This document shows positions 38,274-51,396 of a stretch of 64,000 bases of DNA, piece after piece. Position numbers and translations under genes: made by a program. The DNA comes from Octopus sinensis (lineage: Eukaryota), in assembly GCF_006345805.1 (NCBI RefSeq), contig NW_021835999.1, positions 1-64,000 of the forward strand, given 5' to 3'. The first letter of the stretch is position 1. Each line of letters opens with the position of its first letter. The notes under the pieces are model-generated. The model ran no database searches. It had not been told where the DNA came from and saw nothing but the letters and a program-made list of their open reading frames with translations.

Positions 38274-40999
38274 TTAGCGGTCAATAATATTGGAAACAAA
38301 GTGGTTATAAAACTTGAATGAATACTCAGAAATTCTAAGATTACGTTCCTCTTTTGGAAAGTTATTGCGTTGGGAGTACCAGTTGTGGCCTTTCATTTCT
38401 CTGGATGATGAATAATATCAAAAATACATGCAATAATTTAGTTTTGGGTTGAATGAATTATTGGAAATTGAATAATGAATTGATTCTCTCTTTTTTTCTT
38501 CCGGTAGTCTCCCTTGCATATATTTTCCAGATTTGAAAGGAACTTGACTTGTTGAACTTGGTTTTTGGTGATATTTAAAAGAAATGTTTTTTGGCATTTC
38601 TTTGAATTCACTACAAATCAAATATTAAATTTATAACTTTTGAAAACTATTTAAATTCGGTTCTACTTTATTCCTGGCTTGAACATTTTTATTTTTATCC
38701 AGTTCTTGTCTTAATTGAAAATTATTTTCATGCATATCTTTCCAAACCTTAATTTATTGTTGATTAGTATACAGATGCTTTAACATTTTTATTTTTATCC
38801 GGTTCTTGTCTTAATTGAAAGTTAATTTCATGCATATCTTTCCGAACCTTAATTTATTATTGATTAGTATACAGATGCGAGTTCATTGCTTAGTGATTTA
38901 ACCATTTCCTCGTTTTTTGCATCCAATTGCTCGAATTTAAAACTATTCATTTTTTTCATTTGCTCAAATTTGTCATTAATTAAATTGAGAAAGCTTGAAG
39001 TATGAAAATATTTAATACGTTTTTTCTTGCTGTGATAATTTTTCGAAAATTATTGCCTCTCTGCTTACATCAAGTTTTTCTAGCAATTTTTTATCAGTAG
39101 AAATTTCTAGTTTATTCACTGTTGAGTTTATTTTCTCCTTGTTTTATGAACACGTGATTACATTAATGCTTTTAATTTCTCTACGCAAAAATTCAGTTTC
39201 TTTTTCAAAATCGCTGCAAATCTGCAATTACTTTATTTGGATACCGTTTTTTTCAATCTTTCTGCAATTTCCTCAAGTTGTTTATTAAATTCTGATTTTA
39301 GTACGTCTTGTTCATATTTGTTTTGTTCGAGTTTATTTTCTAGCAGACGAATCTGAGATCTCAACCCGTCAAATTCTCGTATTAGGTCAGAATTTAAATT
39401 TCTTGTATTTTATGTTATTTGGCTTACTTTAGACTTGAGATTTCTTCATTTGCTGCATTGTTGAATTGATCAAATGAATCGGCCCGTTCTGTTAATTTTT
39501 TATTTAATCTTAACTATTCAATATAAATTACTTTTTAACACTTTCCAATTCTGCATCAATCTCATGAAATCTATGAATGTTTTGGTCCAACATTTGTTTT
39601 GACTTGTCTGTCAAAAATCTATACCTGTCGATTATTTCCTGAGAACTTTTCAACCCTATATTGTTTAGTATTCACTCTTACAGTCATTTTTGAGTGGTGA
39701 TAAGTTGTTTTGTTGTTTATTTTGATTATAAACAGTTTTGAATTCTGTAAGTTGCTCTTCATCCGATGACAAGACTAATTCAGAAAGATGATTTTTGGCG
39801 CGATTTTTCATTTCCTGGCATTTTATAACATTTCTGATGCCAAATCTTTAATTTTTACATTTCTAAAACTATCACAATAAAAATCACATTTCAGATTGTT
39901 TGCGGTTTCTATTATCTAGTTCTATCGATTTTCTATCAACGTTCTCTCTCCTACTTTGAGAGTTGCCTGTATTTCGAGTATCTTTCGGAATAATTTTTAT
40001 TTTGTCGTTTGAAGGTTCTAATGTTCTCATTTGAAGTGATTTTGGTTGTAATTTGTGTGGATTATTTTTTGATATGTCACAATGAGGTTTGCTGGAATAT
40101 TTTCAGAAAATAATTACCGCAAGATATTTTTGTTCGGATTTTTCAGAATATCAAAAACTTGTGAATTTTTTGAATAGTCGAAAGCAGATTTTCCTTTTAT
40201 AAAATTCGGAAATAAACCAGAACGGTCGACAATGTCCAACTTTACCCCAGCAGTTACCAAGAGTTCTGAGATCTCAATATTTTTCTTTTTTGCTGCAATA
40301 ATCAGCGGAGTTCTGTCTTATCATCAATGCACCACATACTCTCCTTCGTTGTTTAACAAATTAAAATCCAGTCCATTTTTTATGATAAATTTACACATTT
40401 CAACTCGATTTTGGTCAACAGCCAAATGCAGCGGATTGTTTCCATCCTACCGTGAATCCGCACAAGACTACCATATTCGGGACAAATAAAACATCAATCT
40501 CAGATCTAATGTTTTGAGCCATGAACAAATTTCCAAAATATGCAAAATAGTGGAAAATGTTGTTTCCAAATATGTCTTGTACGTTCGTGTCAGCACCATG
40601 TTTAAGCAGTGTGAGCATACATCCCGTTTTGTCCTCGGAAGCTGCCTTAAGATCAAATCATTTTAACAACCGTAAGCAGCGGTGTTTTGCATTCTGAGTC
40701 ACGAATGTCATGTCTTGTTCCGAAACAGCGCAATAATTTTGAGACAATCTCTATATTTCCTCTAGCAGAAGCCAAGTGCAATGCAGTTCTGAATGTCGAC
40801 CAAATATATACCGAGATTTGTTGTCAATTATATTAGGATCACGGATAGAAAGTTTATTGAACTCCTCAACATCTCCCGACAAGGCGATTTTGTGAATTTT
40901 TTTAATTGACCCTGCATCACTAAGACTAAATCGGCTAAATGGTCTGTCGAATGGATTTGTGTTTGTTTTGTGTTTTTTAGTACGGAAAAACTTTTTCAT
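38274..40999 (-). CDS. N-terminal ankyrin-repeat + coiled-coil protein (ANKRD26/ANKRD7-like), multi-exon
   Basis: KIHKIALSGDV, RTALHLASARGN, KTPLL, LLKHGADTNVQDIFGNN, NPLHLAV, TPLIIAAK ankyrin repeats, then E/K/Q-rich coiled-coil exons. Confidence 0.78.
38681..38878. repeat. 100-bp tandem duplication (75-nt exon + 25-nt intron) within the ankyrin/coiled-coil gene
   Basis: 38681-38778 and 38781-38878 differ at only a few bases; each carries GTATACTAATCAAYAATAAATTAAG on the minus strand. Confidence 0.85.
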
Positions 41000-41048
41000 A
41001 ATATTGTTTCCATAGATATATTAACAAACATAAATTAAAAAATATTAG

Positions 41049-42349
41049 TCAATCAAAAAAATTAAAGCTCCAATTTAAAAAAGTTGGAGAAACCTTTCGG
41101 TAGTTAAGGTAGCGCCTAGGCAAATAATATCGATAATCCTATGAAATTACAGCAACCAGGACACCGATTGCATTACATTTCGCCACAAATCATAATCTGC
41201 CTCATTTGGACGTAACTCCTCGCAATCCCATGGAATCTCATCAATCAAGGAAAGACGTGTAAAATCGGGGTCAGTATACCTGCAGTAAATTCACAGATTT
41301 AACATTATTCGATAATTACGTAACAAAAGTTCGTCGGGTTTCCGCCAATCTCTAAATTTGTGCAAATCTGCCTTATCATAAGAATCCAAATCTATTTTCT
41401 GTACATCACTGGCCAACTATTGGGTTATTATCACCCAATCACCATTTCAATCTCAAAATCGTCATCTTTATGTTGCAAATAATCCTCCCAATCAACTTGG
41501 ATCACCTCTCCGTATTTCCTACGATATATAAACAGAGATTCACCTCATAAGCGGAAGAACTGTACTCACATAACACTCCTGAATTCCTTCAATCATATCT
41601 TTTGTGTACAATCCACTCTTAATCTCATATTCCTGCAAACTTAAACTATAAAAAAACAGGACGGTTTCTCTCAATAAGACGGAGAGTGTATTCAGGGGAA
41701 CAGTCGAGAAAGACAGTAAGATGTGGGTAAGGCAAACTGCATAAACTTTGACTGGAAATATATTTATAGTACTCAAAAGCTGGGATATAAAGTAACTGAG
41801 TCTACCAGCTTTACTAATTAGCCCACATGAGTGGAGAGCAAAGGCGTAGGGAAGGTCTGACCAAATTGACCTATTTAAGACCACGCCTTGTCCAGTATTC
41901 AACATGTGGGCTACGGAATCGGCATATTGACGGAATCGGAGATCAAATATGGAAAGTTGTATTTTTGAAGCTTTGATCCCTGGATTTGGATCTTTGAACC
42001 AATCCTGGAGAGAGTAGGTCCTCAAATGTTTGGGAAGTTGCTCGTCAAAAGGTCTCATGTCTAATCCGTTCGGTAACTTGAAACCGTCTTGGTCGTGATT
42101 GATGTCGGGAAAATAACAAAATTTGAAAAAATCTGAAAATTTTCGACAAAATGATTCTTTTCCAATTCCAATGTTTCCGCAAATTATTATTATTTTGCTG
42201 TTTTCGTCCATTCGCTTTAATGTTCCGTCAATTATTGAGTGCAACTTGGTGTATCCATATTTTTTATAATTCCAAGGTTTGGGCTTTATGTTTTTGATGT
42301 ACGATGTTATTCCTCGGCGAGAATAATTCAGAAATATGAACTTGTGCAT
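41049..42349 (-). CDS. NDUFA10: NADH dehydrogenase 1 alpha subcomplex subunit 10 (dNK-fold)
   Basis: KPWNYKKYGY..IDGTLKRMDENSKIIIICGNIGIGK, FRQYADSVAHMLNTGQGVVLNRSIWSD; 3' exons separated by ~25-nt introns. Confidence 0.9.
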
Positions 42350-42633
42350 TGTCACACAACAGCAAGTTTTTAAATGTAATTAATTTTATTTTAAAATCAA
42401 GATTGCTTTATAATTTCACAAATTGTGATTACAAATTTGATTTGTCTCAAATAGAGTTGAATATTATCGATTGATGAATAAAAATATTAGAGTTTATCGA
42501 AAGAAATATGAATTTAACATTAAAGATACTTATTTAATTTATAATTATTTAAAAAGTTTAAAATTGGCATTACCTCACATCAGGGTTGTTAAAAATCATG
42601 ATTTTTTGATTTCAATCGGGTTTTTATGAAATA

Positions 42634-45151
42634 CAGTCAACCCTCGTTAATCCAGAAATTCAAATCGACTTTCCCTTCGGATTATAGAGGAATGTAAAAT
42701 TTATAAACACAATTATTTATTGAAAAAATAGAATAAAGTTCATTGTATAGTGTTTTTTAATTAATTTTTGTAAATCATCCAAGATGTGTTTCAAATTTTT
42801 GACAGTATCGTTTGTTATATTTTGAAAAGCAATTCGAAAAAGAACAATTTGAATTGCATCAAATAAAGTAGTTGGACTAATATCCTAACTCTCCTCGACC
42901 TGGCCATCTTCAGCATTAAGCATGATATCTTCAACAGTGTATTCTTCTTGAATCAGTGCAATGATTTCATCGTTATCAATGATTTTTTCTGTTTTAAGCA
43001 TATCTTCTCCAATCATAATTTGGTCTATCTCATTATTATGTGTCTGTATAATTAGATCTGGGGACAACTCTTCTTCAGCATAATACTCTCAAGACCTTGA
43101 ATAATTCCAACTTTTTTGAAACAATAATTTCTTGTTTCACATTTGCCCAAGCTTCATGAAGTAACAATATTTCACGCTTAAGATTAACAAAAAAGTCTAA
43201 CGATTGATCAAGCGAGTTAGATTGTTTATTATTCCTGCATCCATTGGTTGAAGATGAGCAGTTGAGTTCTTTGTAAACTTTATAACTTCAATGTTTGGAA
43301 AATTGTTCTTCAAAATGTGACTTGGCGCTTATCAAGAAGTAAATAAAATGTTTTGTCATATCGCATCAGCTCATCTTCAAATAGCAGCATCATGCAATTA
43401 AACAAATAACTGGTCATCTAAGCTTTCGAATTTGCATAATAATGACAGAATTTTCCAACATTGAATCCTTTGAAACACCTTGGTTTCTGGTTGTGTCCAA
43501 TAACAAAAGGTGTCATTTTAATTGATCCAGTTTTATTAGAACATAAAACAACAGTTATTCAAACTTTAGATTGTTTTACGCTTTTTCTTTGACTTAATGA
43601 AATCGTTCTTATATGAAATGGTTGAAAAAGTCCTGTTTCATCCATATTTAATATAAATTTAATTTTTCGACCATTTTTTGTCTATGTGCTGAAACATCAA
43701 CATCATTCATTGAATTTGCTTCTCTTTCAAGAACTTTCAATTTCAAATTGAACCGATTTTTGAATCTACATAGCCATCCTTTGCTAAATTGCAGATCTTC
43801 AATATTTAGCTTTGTCCAAATTCCTTTACTTTAGTAATAAATTAGGGCAACCAAAAAATTGCACTTTTTAAAAAAATTGCAAAAAGAATTTTAAAAATTG
43901 TAAAAAATTGCAAAAATAATTTTATCAGTCAATTATTATTACTAATAATAATTTCATCAGTCAAGTAACCGTTAATAGCATCCATTCGAGATATCCATTC
44001 TATCAATGAATTCTCAAAAGATAATGATTTCTAGAAGCTTGTCTATAGTAAGTGTTTGAGATCTCACTATTTTTCCATTGTTCTTTATTTTTCAAAATTT
44101 CAGATAAAGTAGAATTTCCTAGGTCCAGGTTTAATTCTCTTCTGATAAATTGAGGCAATTCATTCAGCGACATTTTCTTCGAATCCTTAATTTTACAAAT
44201 CTGTTCTTTTAGATCAATTTTGAGTTCAATCCTTTTTCTAACCATAGAATTACAAAAAGCGTGTTGTTCATTAAATTTCTAAAAATTAATCAACAAAATT
44301 ATTTTTTAATTTTTTTTATTAAAACTGTGTAGTATAATAAAAACGGAACATGTAACAAGAAAAACAATCACGTGAAACTAGCTAATTAAAAATCTAGATC
44401 TTGAATGATTTCTCTTCTTTGCTTGGAAGAAGAGTTTTCCATAAACTTTCATTCTCTATTTCTGCGTCAATGAATTTATTCAATTAAGTGTTCTCACGAC
44501 ATACCAGCTCCGTAAGTTGATTGGCGGCAGAGGCGTACTCCTCGTTTTCTAACTTCATCCCGTGTCTGTGCTCGATAAGCATACTCTCTAGCGTCCTCTT
44601 AAGCACAACGGACTGGATGTATGTCCTCGTTCCTTCTTCAATGGATAACTTGTCAATATGACTTTTAAAGAACTTTGAGACAACTCCATCCCATGTCAAG
44701 ACAATTGGAATAATCTTCACTTTTGTTTCATAGAGAACCGACAGTTCGTTTGCAAGCAGGTCGTATTTGTGAAATTTCTCCACTTCAACTTGCTTTAAAC
44801 GGTCTTGCGAGGTAACTCCCACTTCGATTAAATGAATTTCTCTTGTCATAGACGAAAATATCAGGTTTATTGAATTGGACTTTCGTTTCAGTCATAATTG
44901 ACGTGTCAACTCTGATTTCGACATTTTGGGTCGACATTATTGACACAACCGAATGTCCTTTCAATTTCCTGCTTCGATTTTTTAATAATAATAAACAAAA
45001 TTAATCCGAAATTATATTGATCCTAGCGTTCGGATTCCAGATTATTGAATTTTCGGAGTATTGAATCAAATTTGGCAGGAAAAAGTTACAAATTTATAAT
45101 TTCAATTAAAAAATTCGGATTATAGAAGTTCAGATTAACGAGGGTTGACTG
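42634..45151 (-). mobile_element. Tigger/pogo (Tc1-mariner) transposon, degraded
   Basis: TA|CAGTCAACCCTCGTTAATC .. GATTAACGAGGGTTGACTG|TA; CENP-B-like RKRIELKIDLKEQIC..LGNSTLSEILKNK, FSKGWLCRFKNRF, NMDETGLF, NSTAHLQPMDAGII. Confidence 0.9.
44400..44980 (-). mobile_element. RLE-type (R2/NeSL-like) non-LTR endonuclease fragment
   Basis: VEIRVDTSIMTETKVQFNKPDIFV..IHLIEVGVTSQDRLKQVEVEKFHKYDLLANEL..IIPIVLTWDGVV: PD-(D/E)xK restriction-like endonuclease. Confidence 0.82.
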
Positions 45152-46479
45152 TAAATTATTTGTATTCAAAAACAAAATTAATAAAAATAAAATAGAAATC
45201 ATAGTTATTTAAAAGCTGTAAATAAAGACAAATTTGGCAGCCTTTTCAATTTCAAGTCTATTTTGTACATTTAAAAGTCGAACAAATTCGTTCTATTCCA
45301 CATGTTGAAGCGGCTGGTCCAAGAATTTTTTTGACGAGTGAAATTGTTTCATAAATACTTCAAAACGAGGTCAATCTCTACTGTTCCCACAACATGTTGG
45401 GTCAATTAGATTCGCAAGTGGAAAAGTGTTAATGCTTAATCAGCTCGAGTTTTCACTTTTTCTAAATTAGCCGTACATTCATAGTCCATATAAGTCTGTT
45501 CAAGTTCCTTCCAAATTTATACAGCATGGCAAATCTTCGTAGAATCATTTTGTCTAAAGCGACAGCAATTGGATATTTTTCAACACGACGTTTTAGGCAA
45601 ATATTTTGGACTTTGGAAGCAATATCTGTATCAATATCGGATCTGTCTTCTTCACAAGTTACATATCTATCAAATTTTTTTTCGATAACGTCATCGTAGT
45701 AACGAAATTCATTGATGATTGGTCCTTCATTCTCAGGGGCAATTAGCTGATTAAACCACTTTAATTTTGGATCGATTTTCAGGGATATCAAAATTAGTTC
45801 GGCATAACAAATAATGATGCCCCATCCGAGATACGAGACCTTTTACCTCTTTTCTGCAATTACTGCATCTGGCTCGACTACCAGTCTTTCCCGAAATTCT
45901 CCCAGACTCCAGACATTTAATAAATTTAAGCAATTTTAAATGATTTTTTTGATTTTTTAACGATTTAAATCATTGATTTTTTAGGTTGATTAAAATCAAC
46001 TCTAAGGTCACAGGTGGCCCCTAGGATTCAATTGTGGTCCCTTTGTTTTTCTAATTATTTTATTTTTGTGTACTTCAACTAGTAAAATTAAACCTAATTT
46101 TGATTTTTAAGTAATTAATAATTGTTAAAAAATATTAGTGTAAGGAAATAGTGAGGAAGCTGCGTTTTAAACTCATTAAGAAATTAGGAGAATTCTGGCG
46201 ATTATATACAGCTTGCTCGCGATCTTGGTGTCAAGAGGACAACAACTATAGCTATTGTAAAAGTGGAAATCCGTATTTTTGTAAACATTGAGGTGGAAGG
46301 GATGCTACGAGTAAACTTACAGATGATGATATGAATTTGTTAATTGAAAAAATCGAGAATAATCCATTAATAACAATAAAGGAATTACGAAAATTTCCAG
46401 AAATAGTCAGGAAAATATCGAAAAAAGAAAAATATTTTCATTGGGTTATCAACGTAATACAAATAGAAAAATAAATTTA

Positions 46480-46745
46480 AAGTGAAAATAATCCCTGTGG
46501 TACTTACTTGGGATGGAATTGTCTCAAGATTCTTCAAAAGTCATCTGGATTCTATCGCAGTGGAAGACAGGGTGAAGGCATACATCCAGACACTGGTGTT
46601 GCGGAAGACCTTAGAAAGCATGCAAGCCGAGACAAGGCACAGGTCATCGATGCCTGTCGAAAAAGTATCCCCTGAATCTAGACTGCGCGTTGACATGAAT
46701 CTGCCCATCCGTGCACTGAACGGGAGGGTGAGGTTGATGAAATAA
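46480..46745 (+). mobile_element. RLE-type non-LTR 3' fragment (related to 44400-44980)
   Basis: KIIPVVLTWDGIVSRFFKSHLDSIAVEDRVKAYIQTLVLRKTLESM. Confidence 0.8.
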
Positions 46746-47013
46746 AACACTACAAATAACGAAAACGGAATAATTATTAATTTTTGTCTGAAAGTGAAAA
46801 ATAAATTTGGACGAAACAAATTTCAATTTTTTACATTAAAAAAATTCGGCCAATCCTATATAGAATCACGTGCAATAATTCTAGTAAGGGAAGCAAAGGA
46901 GTGAATCTTAACCTCATTTTGGCAATTGATGACAATGGAACAATTGTGAGATTTTTTTACATGCTAACAACACTTGTTTTCGTTAAACCGTGTAAAATTA
47001 TTAGAGAAGTTAA

Positions 47014-47466
47014 CTAAATTAGATGAGTCGCCGAGCGGATGGACAGGCAATTTCCACGTAATATCGCGAACGATATCCGCTGAAGAAGCCAGTTCGTTTC
47101 ACGACTGTTTTGACTCCTCCTCGAGATGATTAAACCAATCTTTGAGAGGAGTTTGAGGGCTTTTGGTCCAATTATCTCACTGGTCTCGAAAGCCAGAGTA
47201 ATGAAGCAGCAGGTATCGGTCAAAGAGCCATATTTTGCAGTTTTCCTAGATTCCGTAAGGGCAGATGGAGATCCTGGACGAGAAGCGCAGTCAACCAACG
47301 ATGATGAGGAAAATGAGTCTACACAGGTAACATCCCACACGAGTGCCCTGAACGGGAATAAAGTCGACCCATCAGGGCGTTTTCCGTCCCCACGGTCCAG
47401 TCCTATCGGTTCTAACATTGAGGGGTATCCAGCGTTGTTAAGCGCGCCCTTCACAACGTCGTTCAA
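47014..47466 (-). mobile_element. CRE-clade 3' fragment
   Basis: [52 protein letters not shown]. Confidence 0.88.
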
Positions 47467-48230
47467 TATGAGATTTTAATCACTTTAAAATCTAAATTTA
47501 GCAATTTTATGACGGCATTATCTGAGAGTTTAGCTGGATAATGCTCCAATTCACAAAAAACAAGGAAATTTTGAAGGCGTGGAAGTAGAACATACAATTC
47601 GAAGATTTGATGCACCATATTCTCCGCAGATAAATCCATGCGAAGACTGTTTTTCGATTCTCAAAATCGGGATAAAGACATATTTATACAATCACAACAA
47701 TCCTCATAACGATGTTCATGCAGCAGGAAATGGAAGGAATTTCGAGCACTATTATTACAAAATGCGTTAGAATATTCTATGACAAATCTAACTCGGGAGA
47801 AAATACGGTATTTTTACAGAAATGCAGAAAAATCATTGCAAATTGTACGATTGGGATTCCATTAACCTGATTAATAAAATTGTCTTTATTAACTCTCATC
47901 TTGATTTAGCCGATTAGAAAAGTCCTTATGTGCGTCCAAACGGCCAAATTTGTCAAAATTTACGTAAAAAGTGTCAAAATTTAACAGCGCATTGTCAAAA
48001 TCGAACTGAAAATGGTATATTTATAACCCCAAAGTTACAAATCATAGTAGTAAAAACAACAGTCATAATTCTCCAATCAAATGCAAAGACCGTAAGAAAA
48101 TGTTTGTGCCAACCAGAATACACCTCCAAATCTTCATTACAAGTTTCCTTATCCAATGATAATTCGTTAGAATAAATGCAACCATTAATAAAATCTTTGT
48201 ATAACAAATTGTATTATTAAAAAATAGATA

Positions 48231-49736
48231 TTAATTACGACATGCCTCAGGAGTAGGAGGATGTCCGTGAAAGGCGTCTACCAATTCAATGATGGAGACA
48301 TAGAGGACAAAAACCATAAGCATCAGACTACCCAAAATAACAACATAATCCAAAATTGCTCGCCACTTGTAGGGACCAAAGTACTGAGGCTCATCATGGA
48401 AAGTCATCAACTCGACAACAGCAGGGAGGATAACTCCAAGAGATATCCCACAAAACGCCCCCAAAACTGACATCATCATAGACAAGTAAGGAATCCCAAT
48501 CGAAGCTCCTACTGCAAAATAATGTAAAAAACAAACACGAAAGAAGCAGTACAGCCAGTCTGACAATCATTTCAAACTTATATTCTCCAATTCGGCCAAT
48601 GATTGATTGGAACAAATGAGGTCGATAGAACTGTCCGACAACCAATTTGATCATAACATAGAACTGCAATCCGAACGAAACAAACACCGAACATATCAGC
48701 ATAAATCGAAGTGAAAGCGACAGACTAAAAGTTGTAAATATAAAAGTACGTGTCATTAAGAGGAAGATTGAGTGCAACAAGACCACAGAGTTTGTCCCCA
48801 TATTTCAAATTCCCAAGAAATTGAAGCCCCCACGTAAGAATAACCTGGATGGATAAACAGAATGTATATATTCCCATAAAGTACTGTTTCTTCTCCATGA
48901 TAGAATAGAGAGGAAGGACCTACTCACTGAGAGATGAGACAGACCAAAGTGATCCCCTCGACGGAGTAAATACTGGCCCCAAAAAACACAGCCACACCTC
49001 TGAAATCGCCCACTAAACGGAGAGAGGACAGTGGATTATTTGTCAGACTGGAGAAATACAACACCAACAGGACCCCGATGAGTGTGCAAAGGTTGGCAAA
49101 CAGTGAAAAATATGACAACAAGTCCAAATCATGTAGGAATATATATATCAGGAGAGGACACGTGACAAAAATAAAATAAGTCGTCAACGAAAGACTGTTA
49201 GGATGAAATTCGTTTATAATCTACTTTAAAACAGTCAGGGTCCCACCTGTCGCATTGTTGAGCCCAGGAATATTATGTACACAGAAGTGGCACCAAATTG
49301 AAATATAAACACAATGCAATTTGTCATGATTCTTCCAGCCTCCCCAATTTTCCGGGGAAGGAGACTTGAATTTTGAGAGGCGGTGAAAACTAGGTCCCCT
49401 AAATCCAAATGGGGGACCGAGATTTTAGCACATACGTGGGAATAACATCGAACTAGAACTCCAATTTGATAAATGTTGATAATACATAAAGCCATGAAAG
49501 TGGGAATTCCAATCTGTCATTATTTTGCAAAAAAAACCGCGATTCCTGCACGGTTGGCAGCATAGGGGGAGGAAAGGACTCCTACACCGATCATGCCTTT
49601 CATCATATTCAGAAATATTCGAATTTCCCTACGAATTGAGACTCGATCGTAACGATGTGTCGGAAATATTTTTGTTAGATCCGTCCGAACTGACGAGATG
49701 GGCACATTCGTCTTTAACAGATTCTGTGCACGACAT
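48231..49736 (-). CDS. Proton-coupled amino acid transporter (SLC36/PAT-like, Aa_trans family)
   Basis: FLNMMKGMIGVGVLSSPYA, FQFGATSVYIIFLG, LSYFSLFAN, FFGASIYSVEGITL, SFGLQFYV, LGAFCGISLGVILPAVVEL; multiple TM segments and tiny introns. Confidence 0.88.
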
Positions 49737-50786
49737 TTCAATATGTTTTAATGGACAAAAAATCTACTTAACTTTTTCCTATTTATTATGTTTAAAATCA
49801 AATTCTTTTTTGAATATTACAAATATTATTTAATTCAATAATTTTAAACTTTTCTGGTATTTATTGAATTTAATTGATTTTTTAATCGATTCGATTTTTT
49901 TAAATACAAACACATTAGGTTTTGACCAACCACAATTATTTAAGACAGAGAAAACCACATATAAAAGACTTTTAATAATTTAAATTTATTGATTTATCTT
50001 TTGTTTAAAATCGATTGCCGTCATCCGCTTTCATTTTTTTTATTTTATTATTTCTAGAATTTTTTTCTTTGTTTTTTGAAACTAACCACTAAAAAATAAT
50101 TAAAGGTGTGAAAATACGACTGTAAAATAAATACACGAATCAGTAGATTAGTATGAAAAACATTTTTTATGTCTTAACAGAATTTGCACGACATGTCAAA
50201 CTAAAACAGATCTTTTTATGGGTCTTAGAAGAACCACTTGCTCTCTCAAGATTAGTGGGGTTTTTACCCAAACCGGTTCTGTGCTGACTGCATTTTTCGA
50301 CTGAATTCGATAATATCTAAGGCACGAGATTCTGACTTATCGACTTAGTCCTGCTAAAAAACCTTGAAAACTGTGACATTGATGTGGAAATTCTTAAATG
50401 GTTAGAGAGCTTTTTGAATGGGAGGATCTCTTCTGTCAAACTTGGCCAAGATTCAAAAGCCATTCTCCAAAAAAGGGGAGTACCTCAAGGCTTAGTTCTC
50501 AGCCTACTTCTATTTAACGTGTACATGGCAGACTCTCCAAACCTGTGTTTATCTCAATTAACGTGCTTATTTATGCTGATGACATTATGTCACATGCCCT
50601 GTTCGTTACCATGCCCCGCTCGTTACCATTGCTCTAAATTTTTAAAATTTCAATTTAAAATATTTAAATGATTGAAATATATTTACTTATTAATTTAAAA
50701 ATTAATAATATTATGGATTTTTATTTTTTCAATGCTTAACCATTATCATTAAAAAACAATAAATTAAGCATGCTGTTTTATCTCAT

Positions 50787-50953
50787 GGTTATGGTTAGGG
50801 TATAGGTTAGGGTATAGGTTAGGGTTAGGGTGAAGGTTAGGGTTTGGGTGAAGGTTAGGGTTTGGGTGAAGGTTAGGGTTTGGGTGAAGGTTAGGGTTTG
50901 GGTGAAGGTTAGGGTTAGGGTGAAGGTTAGGGAATTGGTTGGGTTTAGGGTTT
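50787..50953 (+). repeat. Interstitial TTAGGG-like hexamer array with an 18-bp higher-order unit
   Basis: ~27 hexamers: GGGTTA, AGGTTA, GGGTTT, GGGTGA, GGGTAT; core (AGGTTAGGGTTTGGGTGA) x4. Confidence 0.93.
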
Positions 50954-51396
50954 GAAAAAATTTAAAGTAGAATTTTCGAATGGAGATACAAAGATTGTTC
51001 ACATGAAAAGAATCAAAAAAGGACAAATTTAATTTTTCGTTTTAAACTTCAGATCTATATATGATTTTAAACTAAAAAACTGGATAAAGTTTGAGTTTTT
51101 TATAAGAGATCTACAGATGATTTTAAACCTTTATCTTTTTACATTTCAAAAAATGTTTTAAATAAAACTAAAAACTGGTTAGAGTTAATTATAAAACTAT
51201 CAAATTATGTGCCTTTAAAGCGTTTCACACAATTCACATTTTTAAAATATGTTTTAATGTGCTTATCAGTCAAAATGGTTTGTTGTATAAAAATATTATT
51301 TTAATTTATTTGTTTTAAAGCATCTTTTAGTATATCATTAAATTGTACTCTAATTAACCTAATATTAGGTTGAATTTTATGTCGTTGTGATTGATT

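Larger units (their letters stand above)
42581..46004 (-). mobile_element. Decayed hAT-like element with BED-type finger, host of a Tigger insertion
   Basis: CAGGGTTG.. / ..CAACTCTA ends with AAATCATGATTTTT subterminal motifs; RARCSNCRKEVKGLVSRMGHHYLLC; C-terminal AASTCGIERI..NRLEIEKAAKFVF. TSD weak. Confidence 0.55.
46130..48008 (+). mobile_element. Decayed Tc1/IS630-like (DDE_3) transposon with two retro-insertions
   Basis: IENNPLITIKELR; LDNAPIHK; APYSPQINPCEDCFSILK; TGTCAAAAT subterminal repeats at 47950-48001. Boundaries approximate. Confidence 0.7.

Noticed and set aside
50778-51026. Thr-rich repeat protein (TLTFTQ)n; also a true chromosome end
   Set aside because: It is the antisense translation of the telomere-like array, which is short, degenerate and internal to a TIR element.
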